From contig CBFFRP010000407.1 in assembly GCA_965644295.1 (NCBI GenBank), positions 1 to 64,000 of the forward strand: 64,000 bases of DNA, in the 5' to 3' direction. Of the stretch, positions 40,151 to 50,784 are shown in pieces. Each line of letters begins with the position of its first letter. The first letter of the stretch is position 1. The translations under genes were made by a program, and so were the position numbers. A model generated the notes under the pieces. The model saw only the letters and a list, made by a program, of their open reading frames with translations, ran no database searches and was not told the DNA's origin. The DNA is from Paraphysomonas bandaiensis (lineage: Eukaryota > Protista > Chrysophyceae).

Positions 40151-40776
40151 ATGTATGTGCACACAGGCATGGGATCATTCCTTGTCGTAAGTGTGTCATG
40201 ATAATTTTGATTCTGCAGAACGAACGCTCCACAATGTTTGTTGTACTTTATATTTGGTCGATTTTTATTTGGTATCAAGCTGTCGTCTTATCTTCTTGCT
40301 GGCTCTATGGCTTTCAAAAGCAGCAGCAGCAGTGTTTCTTACATTTGACACTTTGATGGCATTCTAATATACAACATGAATAGCGTTCTTCGTTGCAGGT
40401 ATCTAGTTATGTTATAATAGTAGATGAGTTATGTACATGATTAGGAGGAGTAGTTTATGATTAATCAAGTATATTTTCTATGACACACTAACATGAGCAA
40501 AATATATCAATATATTGTAGCAAGCAAAAATAAACAATTCCAATATAATGTTGACTGCCCCTGGCTAAATGTGCTTGTAATGAGTAGCCTAGAACTGTCC
40601 ACATTCATCACAGAATACTATCATAAGTACAGAATACATATTTGATAATGATCTTTGCAAGTACCATCGCATACATACACCAATAGTAAAATAGCTAAAC
40701 AATTACCGATGAATACTTCGCAACATCCACTGCATATATTGTAACACAAATATGCTACAGGTATCCATCAAAATGT

Positions 40777-40792
40777 GGTGTTGATAAACACC
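40777..40792 (-). promoter_or_regulatory. Histone mRNA 3' stem-loop (H2B copy 3)
   Basis: Same 16-nt hairpin. Confidence 0.8.
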
Positions 40793-40825
40793 TATTTTTA
40801 TTTTGAGTTGCGTCAATACACACAC

Positions 40826-41179
40826 TTAAGCGGAAGAAGTGAACTTAGTGACGGCCTTGGTACCCTCAGAGACGGCGTGCTTGGCGAGCTCACCAGGGAG
40901 CATGAGACGAACTGCAGTCTGAATCTCTCTAGAGGACAGAGTAGACTTCTTGTTGTAACGAGCAAGACGAGAAGCCTCAGAAGCGATTCTCTCGAAGATA
41001 TCGTTGACAAAAGAGTTCATGATAGACATTCCTCTCTTGGAGATACCAGTCTCAGGGTGAACCTGCTTAAGCACCTTGTACACGTAAGAAGAGTAGCTCT
41101 CCACCCTCTTCTTGTGGCCTTTGCCAGCAGCCTTCTTGGCGGGAGCCTTTACGCTCTTCTTTCCAGGAGTCTTAGCCAT
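40826..41179 (-). CDS. H2B: Histone H2B, copy 3
   Basis: Identical protein; one synonymous SNP shared with copy 4. Confidence 0.99.
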   Translation of the reverse strand: MAKTPGKKSVKAPAKKAAGKGHKKRVESYSSYVYKVLKQVHPETGISKRGMSIMNSFVNDIFERIASEASRLARYNKKSTLSSREIQTAVRLMLPGELAKHAVSEGTKAVTKFTSSA

Positions 41180-41465
41180 TTTGGTATTTCAAATTAATCG
41201 ATTTCAAATGAGAATTAATTTTGAAGGAAGCTCAGTGTTGATCCCAGACCCAAAAAATACAACTTTCAAAAACATCATATCTTGAGGAGTCAGATTTGAG
41301 CATCTCTATCTGCTGATGATGAGGATGTTATAGCATCTCCAAAAAACGCATCTTGAGCAGTCAGTCATCACACATAATTTGAACCCAAAGAAGTGGCGAG
41401 TCATCACAATTAAATCTCATCTCTTCTCAGAGTAACACTAATTGAAACCTACCAATAAATCAATA

Positions 41466-41846
41466 ATGCCTGCAAAGACTGGAAAATCTGGCCGTGGTGC
41501 CGGCAAGAAATCTACCTCTTCATCAGCCAAGGCTGGTCTTCAGTTCCCAGTTGGCCGTATCGGCAGATACCTGAAGAAGGGTCGATATGCTCCCAGAGTT
41601 GGTGCTGGTGCTCCCGTCTACCTTGCCTCTGTGCTTGAGTACCTCACTGCTGAGATTCTTGAGCTTGCTGGTAACGCTGCCAGGGACAACAAGAAGACCC
41701 GCATCATCCCTCGCCACATTCAGCTGGCTGTTCGCAATGACGAGGAGCTCAATAAGCTTTTGGGCGGCGTCACCATCTCTCAGGGTGGTGTCCTCCCCAA
41801 CATCCACAATGTGCTCCTCCCCAAGAAGTCTCAGGCCAAGGCTTAA
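41466..41846 (+). CDS. H2A: Histone H2A, copy 3
   Basis: Identical protein; ATG at 41466. Confidence 0.99.
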   Translation: MPAKTGKSGRGAGKKSTSSSAKAGLQFPVGRIGRYLKKGRYAPRVGAGAPVYLASVLEYLTAEILELAGNAARDNKKTRIIPRHIQLAVRNDEELNKLLGGVTISQGGVLPNIHNVLLPKKSQAKA

Positions 41847-41879
41847 GTGCAGTCGGTTATTTCAAAACTAAACAAAATA

Positions 41880-41895
41880 GGTGTTTATTAACACC
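41880..41895 (+). promoter_or_regulatory. Histone mRNA 3' stem-loop (H2A copy 3)
   Basis: GGTGTT-TATT-AACACC. Confidence 0.8.
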
Positions 41896-42746
41896 ACACA
41901 ATACTTGGAATCGATTATAATGTCGCAGTCATGTTCAATGGATATAGTTTTATTTGTGACGTTTATACTTTACAACATATTGGTATCATGGTAGAAATAT
42001 GTATATACTACATACTTATTTCTTACCGTGTGTAAGAAACTTCAGAGTTTGGTAACAAGAGTTATTATTAGAATGTCGAGAGTATGTTAAACAGCTCGCA
42101 TGAAGTACACCTTAAAAGTCTATGTGTTTCATCTCCTGAATGCATAACACTTCGTACAAAGTGAAGAAACTGACTTTACACAGCGTGTTCTGGATTGCGG
42201 CAACGCCAGCAAACAAGAGAGCTCGACTTAGTACCTGTGGTTCAGCTACCACAGCTTGTATATTATCAAAGCACAATCTTTAGTAGTACAAAGTTGATTA
42301 TGATACCTGAGCGTCGAAACATGAAAATCCATATCGTCTAGAATCGTTGGTATTCCTCCGAGCCAATTCCATATATATGCTCTTATTTGATGTGTGATAC
42401 ATGCTACATATATTGCTCATGCTAGTGTGTCTTAGAACATATAATTGATTAATTATAAACTACTCTTCATAATCACCTTACTCATGTACTACTATTATAA
42501 CATCGAACAATTATGATAACTACCTGCAACGAAGAACACATACATCAGAATGCTGCAGACCTCATACCACTCTCAGATGACATTGTTCCTACTATGTGGT
42601 TTAGAGTTGATCATACGGCTGTAGCGCAGTGCCTCATACAGTGGTCTGAGGAGAATGGACTGAGTCGTGTGTAGAGGTAACAAGAAGTACAAGCAGACTA
42701 AAAATATACCACCTTGATGTGGTCGCACCTTGGTGCTTGCGGTGAT

Positions 42747-43983
42747 CGAGCGCCTGGCTACTGGACCAATAGCGGAGTACACCTCCCGCGCAAACTAGCT
42801 CAAGCGGATGGCAGTGCATCCAAAGACAAACTCAGCTCAAATCTACGCCAAAGAATACTCAACACGGCACTGACATGGGACAAATCTTTCTGTATAGGGA
42901 GGAACCGGGCCAAAACCAAACAGGGGCTTGACCTGACCAAAGCCGCATGCTCTGACTGCGGGTTTCGACTAGATTCCCTAAAACATATGTGCCTCGACTG
43001 CACACATGAATCCATCACCCAAATAAGGGAAACTGCATTTCAATCGCATAAAAATGTGCTACACGAAATACAGAGAACTCAGACCTTACCCAACTGGATC
43101 ACATCTGCACTACGGAGACTCTCCAGCAGAGCCTGGAATCCCTCCATCCCACAGGTCGAGAGATACTGGACTGGAACCATCACAGCAGCCCAACTGGAAA
43201 CGGTCTTCGGAGATGACATACACAACCACCTGACGGCTCACAGTCTACGGACCCTAGAAACAGTGGTTATTAATCTCCTGCAACCGCTTTACACTGCAGC
43301 GAAGCTTATGTTACAGGATCGCGGTTGTCGCTATATCACCATGTCCAAAAGGCCGCCCAGGCTACTCCCGAGACCCCGTCCGAAACGCAGTCAGTCAAGA
43401 CAACGTCCGAGAGTCCTTAGATTACTAGGGGTCCAACGAAGACCCCCCACAGCGTATCCGACTCCAGACACACGTGCACACCTCACAGGTCCTACCCGAC
43501 AGAACATTGGACTGCCCAGACCTCCACAACGCCGACGGCTTCGACAACTCTATCTACTCCCGCGGCCCCACAGGAGCACAGTAACACAGACTACAAACCC
43601 AACTCCTCCTCCCAACAATCCCCACCACTCTCAACCCACTCATCTGGAACTAGGTGCACTCAGGACCCTAATTCAGAATGCTGAGCCCCCTCCAAAACCA
43701 ATGGAGTACCATCCCAAGGGGAGACCTCCAGACCACATGCGCCTGTGAGTCCAGGACCCACGTTAATGGCGAATTAATTTATACACACAAAAGAACGGAA
43801 GTGGTTGCACCTTGGTGCTTGCGGCGTCGCACAAGTAGCTTCTGTAGCGTCAAATAGTAGGATAAAAGAGTTTGCATTGATTAGTTACGGGTAGTAGTCT
43901 AACTAGTATGACTAGCATTCCACTAGCCACTAATGGGTGCCGGCTTTCAACGCCTACTGCTAAATAACAAGACTTTCAATATA
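42747..43983 (+). mobile_element. 5'-truncated non-LTR retrotransposon (LINE): ORF C-terminus with CCHC knuckle plus 3' UTR, 4-bp TSD
   Basis: The frame is open to the stop at 43748 and contains C-x2-C-x8-H-x4-C (CSDCGFRLDSLKHMCLDC), the knuckle typical downstream of RT in LINE ORF2. The strand is C/A-rich. The same 3' end recurs in shorter copies. TGAT lies at 42743-42746 and 43984-43987. No RT domain is present in the window. Confidence 0.8.
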
Positions 43984-45353
43984 TGATGCACAAACAACTT
44001 CCTTGATAGCGTGCATATTGATGTAGTCGTGATCAACGCAATCATAACATTGATATTAGCTTTAATTAGTTTTATACCAAGATTTATTTTTAATAGCGGG
44101 ACTGTGGTAAGGGCACTTCAGCGCAATACTCTACTGCAGGAAAGGAAGCAGCACATTGAAATCGTATGTAAGGTATAATATTGTTGCGATTCTTACAAAC
44201 AATGATTCAAAAATACTATTGTAATAATAGAACACTACTTTTGTATTTGGCCAATCTGAATTATATCACTACAACTACGAATTGTTTCCTAGCTTGAGGG
44301 TTGAAAACCAATAAATTGACAGTTATTGAAATAATAATTGTTATTGAATTTGAGACAGCGAATATTTATTGCAACTATAATTTTCAAATATATTGGAAAT
44401 ATACCGATTTGATCCGGGCAAGTTAAAATTGGAGAGCAAATCTTTTGAATACAATAGATATAACAGATACAAATTATATTACACAACAGTACCATAGATA
44501 TAATCGGGTTTTAATTGTCACGAGATAGAACATAATATAAGTGATATATTGCTTTTATAGTTACCCCCTGTGTGATATAAGCCTTTAATGCGTGACATTA
44601 GGTACTGTTTATATAAATTGGTGATATAAGTTAGGCATCGCAAGACACTACTTATCTGTGTATTGCTGACTTACGTATATTAAGCTCGTGTTGTTGTAGG
44701 GTGATTGCAGCGACACATCAATCACCAATATCTATAATTATCTTAAACGGATACTGCATATATACATGACTTATATGATTATGAAGAGTAGTTTATAATT
44801 AATCAATTATATGTTCTAAGACACACTAGCATGAGCAATATATGTAGCATGTATCACATCAAATAAGAGCATATATATGGAATTGGCTCGGAGGAATACC
44901 AACGATTCTAGACGACATGGATTTTCATGTTTCGACGCTCAGGTATCATAATCAACTTTGTACTACTAAAGATTGTGCTTTGATAATATACAAGCTGTGG
45001 TAGCTGAACCACAGGTACTAAGTCGAGCTCTCTTGTTTGCTGGCGTTGCCGCAATCCAGAACACGCTGTGTAAAGTCAGTTTCTTCACTTTGTACGAAGT
45101 GTTATGCATTCAGGAGATGAAACACATAGACTTTTAAGGTGTACTTCATGCGAGCTGTTTAACATACTCTCGACATTCTAATAATAACTCTTGTTACCAA
45201 ACTCTGAAGTTTCTTACACACGGTAAGAAATAAGTATGTAGTATATACATATTTCTACCATGATACCAATATGTTGTAAAGTATAAACGTCACAAATAAA
45301 ACTATATCCATTGAACATGACTGCGACATTATAATCGATTCCAAGTATTGTGT

Positions 45354-45369
45354 GGTGTTAATAAACACC
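45354..45369 (-). promoter_or_regulatory. Histone mRNA 3' stem-loop (H2A copy 4)
   Basis: Reverse complement of GGTGTT-TATT-AACACC. Confidence 0.8.
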
Positions 45370-45402
45370 TATTTTGTTTAGTTTTGAAATAACCGACTGC
45401 AC

Positions 45403-45783
45403 TTAAGCCTTGGCCTGAGACTTCTTGGGGAGGAGCACATTGTGGATGTTGGGGAGGACACCACCCTGAGAGATGGTGACGCCGCCCAAAAGCTTATTGA
45501 GCTCCTCGTCATTGCGAACAGCCAGCTGAATGTGGCGAGGGATGATGCGGGTCTTCTTGTTGTCCCTGGCAGCGTTACCAGCAAGCTCAAGAATCTCAGC
45601 AGTGAGGTACTCAAGCACAGAGGCAAGGTAGACGGGAGCACCAGCACCAACTCTGGGAGCATATCGACCCTTCTTCAGGTATCTGCCGATACGGCCAACT
45701 GGGAACTGAAGACCAGCCTTGGCTGATGAAGAGGTAGATTTCTTGCCGGCACCACGGCCAGATTTTCCAGTCTTTGCAGGCAT
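45403..45783 (-). CDS. H2A: Histone H2A, copy 4 (inverted)
   Basis: Identical protein; ATG at 45783. Confidence 0.99.
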   Translation of the reverse strand: MPAKTGKSGRGAGKKSTSSSAKAGLQFPVGRIGRYLKKGRYAPRVGAGAPVYLASVLEYLTAEILELAGNAARDNKKTRIIPRHIQLAVRNDEELNKLLGGVTISQGGVLPNIHNVLLPKKSQAKA

Positions 45784-46069
45784 TATTGATTTATTGGTAG
45801 GTTTCAATTAGTGTTACTCTGAGAAGAGATGAGATTTAATTGTGATGACTCGCCACTTCTTTGGGTTCAAATTATGTGTGATGACTGACTGCTCAAGATG
45901 CGTTTTTTGGAGATGCTATAACATCCTCATCATCAGCAGATAGAGATGCTCAAATCTGACTCCTCAAGATATGATGTTTTTGAAAGTTGTATTTTTTGGG
46001 TCTGGGATCAACACTGAGCTTCCTTCAAAATTAATTCTCATTTGAAATCGATTAATTTGAAATACCAAA

Positions 46070-46423
46070 ATGGCTAAGACTCCTGGAAAGAAGAGCGTAA
46101 AGGCTCCCGCCAAGAAGGCTGCTGGCAAAGGCCACAAGAAGAGGGTGGAGAGCTACTCTTCTTACGTGTACAAGGTGCTTAAGCAGGTTCACCCTGAGAC
46201 TGGTATCTCCAAGAGAGGAATGTCTATCATGAACTCTTTTGTCAACGATATCTTCGAGAGAATCGCTTCTGAGGCTTCTCGTCTTGCTCGTTACAACAAG
46301 AAGTCTACTCTGTCCTCTAGAGAGATTCAGACTGCAGTTCGTCTCATGCTCCCTGGTGAGCTCGCCAAGCACGCCGTCTCTGAGGGTACCAAGGCCGTCA
46401 CTAAGTTCACTTCTTCCGCTTAA
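46070..46423 (+). CDS. H2B: Histone H2B, copy 4 (inverted)
   Basis: Identical protein. Confidence 0.99.
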   Translation: MAKTPGKKSVKAPAKKAAGKGHKKRVESYSSYVYKVLKQVHPETGISKRGMSIMNSFVNDIFERIASEASRLARYNKKSTLSSREIQTAVRLMLPGELAKHAVSEGTKAVTKFTSSA

Positions 46424-46456
46424 GTGTGTGTATTGACGCAACTCAAAATAAAAATA

Positions 46457-46472
46457 GGTGTTTATCAACACC
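46457..46472 (+). promoter_or_regulatory. Histone mRNA 3' stem-loop (H2B copy 4)
   Basis: GGTGTT-TATC-AACACC. Confidence 0.8.
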
Positions 46473-46685
46473 ACATTTTGATGGATACCTGTAGCATATT
46501 TGTGTTACAATATATGCAGTGGATGTTGCGAAGTATTCATCGGTAATTGTTTAGCTATTTTACTATTGGTGTATGTATGCGATGGTACTTGCAAAGATCA
46601 TTATCAAATATGTATTCTGTACTTATGATAGTATTCTGTGATGAATGTGGACAGTTCTAGGCTACTCATTACAAGCACATTTAGC

Positions 46686-46980
46686 CAGGGGCAGTCAACA
46701 TTATATTGGAATTGTTTATTTTTGCTTGCTACAATATATTGATATATTTTGCTCATGTTAGTGTGTCATAGAAAATATACTTGATTAATCATAAACTACT
46801 ACTCCTAATCACGTACATAACTCATCTACTATTATAACATAACTAGATACCTGCAACGAAGAACGCTATTCATGTTGTATATTAGAATGCCATCAAAGTG
46901 TCAAATGTAAGAAACACTGCTGCTGCTGCTTTTGAAAGCCATAGAGCCAGCAAGAAGATAAGACGACAGCTTGATACCAA
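46686..46980. mobile_element. hAT-like family end fragment (inverse copies at ~40270..40563 and ~35262..35461)
   Basis: Starts CAGGGGCAGTCAA like the MITE TIR. The interior matches 11140-11360 and 63120-63561. Confidence 0.6.
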
Positions 46981-47098
46981 ATAAAAATCGACCAAATATA
47001 AAGTACAACAAACATTGTGGAGCGTTCGTTCTGCAGAATCAAAATTATCATGACACACTTACGACAAGGAATGATCCCATGCCTGTGTGCACATACAT

Positions 47099-47600
47099 TC
47101 ACCACTCATACACACAGAAAGTTATCACCGGCCCGCACGAAACCTTCAGACCTCGACAACGACGCTGTCTCCGGCAACTCTACCTATGCCTGAGGCCCAA
47201 ACGGTGCACTGAGACCAATGCCACATTCCACCTCTCCACCCACCTCTCAGCACACACATCTAGCACTCGTTACACTTAGGACCTTAATACAGAACCCTGT
47301 ATCTCAGAGCCTGGTGGAATCTCATCCCTAGGGAAGACCCCCTGATAACACGCGCCAGTGAGTCCAAGGACACACGATCACGGCGAAACTCACAATCAAC
47401 ACTAAGAACGGAAGTGGTTGCACCTTGGTGCTTGCGGCGACGCACAAGCAGCTTCTGTAGCGTTAAATAGTAGGATAATAGAATTTGTGCTGATTAGTTA
47501 TGGGTAGAGGAGGTCTAAATAGTATGTCTAGCATTCAACTAGCCACTACATTGGTGCAGGTTTTTAACGCCTATTGCTATATAATACGACTTTCAATATA
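47099..47600 (+). mobile_element. LINE subfamily-2 3' fragment (inverse of 39650..40150)
   Basis: Homologous to 43460-43983 at both protein and tail level. Possible TSD ATACAT (47093-47098 / 47598-47603). Confidence 0.75.
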
Positions 47601-47775
47601 CATCCAAACTTGTGATAATGGGTTTGTATCTATGATCAGTAGCTATACATCTTAAGATGCTATATATAATTTAGCCAGCCAATTAATTGGCAAAAATATC
47701 TAATAATAATTGGAATTATCACTATCAAAACAAATTAATTACATTGGCAATCCAATTAATTGTTACGCAAGCCTG

Positions 47776-48039
47776 CATGACGCCTCGAACTGCTGCTGTT
47801 CCTTCGCTTCAACACTAAGAGTACTAGTTGCTGCATTGTTATTGGGTTTTCATCATTATGTCATTATGTTACCTCTACTAACTAGTTACTACCGATTGAG
47901 CTCATTTCTTCTTCTTAGTGCCCAATATATATCAATATATTGCAATGTAATATTATTATTTATTATTGGTTTTATTGTTATTATTTTTTATTTCTGCTGG
48001 CAATATTATAATGCAATATTATAATATTGACTGGCCCTG
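47776..48039. mobile_element. hAT-like family right-end fragment
   Basis: Matches 12012-12266 and ends in the TIR TTGACTGGCCCTG at 48027-48039. Confidence 0.65.
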
Positions 48040-48044
48040 AATTT

Positions 48045-48196
48045 AGTATCTTCAACTGTACTTGCATTCCACAGAAGTTTTTTAAAGCACAAGAATATAA
48101 TGGCCTTCAATCGATGAGGTGCCATGGATTTGCTCAGATTACTCATGTTGACTTTCTACTGAAAAGCCTTTTTCTAAACACCACCGCAAATGTAAG
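48045..48196 (-). pseudogene. hAT transposase C-terminal (dimerisation-domain) remnant
   Basis: The minus strand reads LTFAVVFRKRLFSR, then after a frameshift KVNMSNLSKSMAPHRLKAIIFLCFKKLLWNASTVED. This matches the hAT C-terminal pattern PTS..vERLFS.ak..m...R.sm.P..Le...FL..N..LW. It is too short for the ORF track. Confidence 0.7.
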
Positions 48197-49433
48197 TCTT
48201 GTAGCTCAAGGTCAAGAGAAAAGAATCGTAATCGACCGTACCATTCAAAATGTGAAGAAATTTATAATAAGAGGCCATTATAATAGCCATTAAGAGTGAC
48301 AGCCATTAATTTAAGGGCGGTAAATGGCCATCGCTATTAATGTTTTCCCATTCTAATCCTAATTTGTCCATATACTAAATTAATTCCATATACACAGCAA
48401 TATCTGTTTATCATATATATGGTTACATGTCACTTTTATAACTTATATAGTCACACATCTATTTACTTTGTTACTATATTAATATGTTACATCTATGCCT
48501 TGATTTTACCTATTGCGCACTATTTATTCATTTTAATTGCACTCTATGCTATATATACCGCATCATACTGCAGAACTCAACAGCAGCAAATTATAATACT
48601 ACATACACTACTGTCGGTCATAGTAGCGACATCCGTATAGTACTAATTGTATATATGTCTGTACTTGAGCATTTCTTTATTCATATTACACCACTGAGTA
48701 TAGCCGAATAAGGCGACTAGGCATTAGAAACTGTAGACAACGAGTCTTCAATAATCAATTACTACGTCAAAGAAACTTTACAAATTATTGAGTGATTATC
48801 ATAAATAGTAAGTATCTAAAAATGTAACCACATTCGTTAATGTAGTATGAAATATTGTAATATCTACACAAATTACAGTAGACAATGAATTAGAGGTAAG
48901 CACCTGACATACTATAAGAATTTTCACTGTGAACTTGATCAACAAATTCAACTCAAAAGCATGAATTATGTGTAGTATTGTAGTATTATAACTTGTATAA
49001 TATATCTAGGATTTACTGAGTCTGTAATTCGTCCAGAAAAATAGTATCTTAAGGACAGACTGTTGTTTTTTATCTCAGCAAGTACAGTACGTGGTGATAT
49101 CCGTTGATCATTTCCATCGACTAAAGTATAATACTTCCCAGCTGCACCAAACAATGATACTCTAATTATGAATTGATAGAATACCTTATCCCTGGTATCA
49201 TTAGCACGTCAGATTATCATATCTCTGCTACTAACAAAGAATTTAAGCATGACATAATATAAATCAATGAAGTAGTGGAGTTTGTATACATACTTCCTAG
49301 TTGGGCACACACCGAATTCATATTCACAAAAAAAAGAACTACATAAATGATATCAGGGTATCAAATCCACTCCACTTGGGCTCTGTTTATATATATACGA
49401 CAATGATACAACTCCACGAGATTGGTAAACATT

Positions 49434-50784
49434 TTAGTTTGTTGGAGACCTATAGAGCACAACAAATATGATCATTACAGTGCATGAATACAGCACAATG
49501 TGTACTTACACTCTTCCCTTACTACTCCGTCGAGATTTACTTGATTTAGACGAAGTGGTCTTGGCGCAGGTTGACTGAGGCGTTGGTGCGTTGATTGACT
49601 CATTGCTTCCACGTCTACGATCTGATGCAGAGCTAGTGCTGTCTCTCCTCTTATCAGGAAATATGTTGACACCCCTATGTTAGCACGAAGCACAGAGCAT
49701 TAGGATGATTAAAAACTATGACTGGCTGGTATTACGTATATAGATCGGTTAAGACAGTAACTCGTTTTCTTTGATTAAAGCCTTTGCTGCAATGAAATTT
49801 AAGCATGCGAGTTACACAAAACGGAAGCTTACATGTCAGCTTCGGCAGCCTTTGCTTCAGCTTCCTCCTTCAGAATTTGTCTCTTCCTGTAGTGTAAGAT
49901 GTTATTTATAATACGCTGTTGTACCCTACCCAGTCATGAGGCACGGCTTTCTGTAACACTTACATATCTCGCTTCCGTTCGCGATCAGAATAATGCGTTT
50001 CGATATCATTGGCATTACCGCCGTACCGAAGGATAATATCTACTGGGACATAACCAGACCCAAACATATCCTCGCGCTTTGAGGAGAGACGGTTCCAAAA
50101 ATTATCACCCACAACATCAGCACGCATTTTAGACTGCAATATATATGCGGGATACAATATAGCGCTGTTGTTTTTTGTTAGCTGGACAAAATACTCAGCA
50201 CTCATTTTTTTGTGACCCCTCTCCTCCATTTTGGTCAGAAATCTACGCAAAGAATAAGGATATTGTCACATCAAAATCATCAGAATACTTCTTGGCCATC
50301 GTGTTGTTATCATACTCTGCACCATATGTGTCCTTAATAATATGCTCCATCTCCTTCTTTTCGAGATACCCACTGTCGTCTTTGTCGTACAATTCGAATA
50401 CGAACATAGCTATCACAAGTAATTACACAACATACAGCCATCAAATTGATTGACATTACCAATATTATTGTGGCTCATAGTGCAAAAATTCCATAGTGAT
50501 AACATAAACTCATGACTATCTATTTTTTTGTTGTTGTTCTTGTCGAATAATTTGAATATGGCCTCCGTGAAGTTGGTTCTCTCTGCCTTGATAAAGTCGA
50601 GCAGCTCGTTGAGAGAAATTTCCATTGATGAGTCAACATCAATAGCAGAAAAAGTACCGTATAGATGCCCAATATCATTTTCATCGAGACCAAGTATGGC
50701 ATAGTCTTTCTTATGCGGAATGAGACACCTCACGTTCTGATACACGTTGGCAACTGGCTTCGGCTTTGACGGTGATGAACCCAT
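49434..50784 (-). CDS. EF-hand calcium sensor (calcineurin-B/CBL-like), putatively N-myristoylated, multi-exon
   Basis: N-terminus MGSSPSK. EF loops DVDSSMEISLNE, DKNNNKKIDSHE and, after intron 50410-50459, DKDDSGYLEKKE. The 3' exons and end coordinate are less certain. Confidence 0.8.

Larger units (their letters stand above)
30990..42405. repeat. Tandem array of the H2B-H2A unit (~2.5 units; periods 4,591 and 5,102 bp)
   Basis: H2B stop codons at 31133, 35724 and 40826. The intergenic DNA is near-identical between units apart from two large indels (331 bp and ~175 bp). Confidence 0.95.
39487..47762. repeat. Large inverted repeat: arms 39487..42475 and 44776..47762 (~2.99 kb each), 2.3-kb spacer
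   Basis: The arms are reverse complements (coordinate sum 87249-87251) with only a few SNPs and a 2-bp indel. Each arm contains an H2B-H2A pair. Confidence 0.95.

Noticed and set aside
42615-42690. ggctgtagcgcagt as a tRNA 5' half / A box
   Set aside because: No T-arm/B box (GTTCRA) or acceptor-stem complement follows.
42714-42746. N-terminus of ORF 42714..43748 as a genuine gene start
   Set aside because: The first 11 codons come from the target (tail motif) sequence upstream of the insertion junction. The ORF is a truncated LINE frame.
47440-47580. CGTTAAATAG in the retroposon tail resembles the pistol ribozyme junction; twister, hammerhead and HDV-like motifs were also considered
   Set aside because: I could not find the pistol pseudoknot or GU cleavage context, a hammerhead CTGANGA...GAAA core, the twister T1/T2 pairings or an HDV P3/L3 pattern by eye. 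A covariance-model scan would be needed to exclude them fully.
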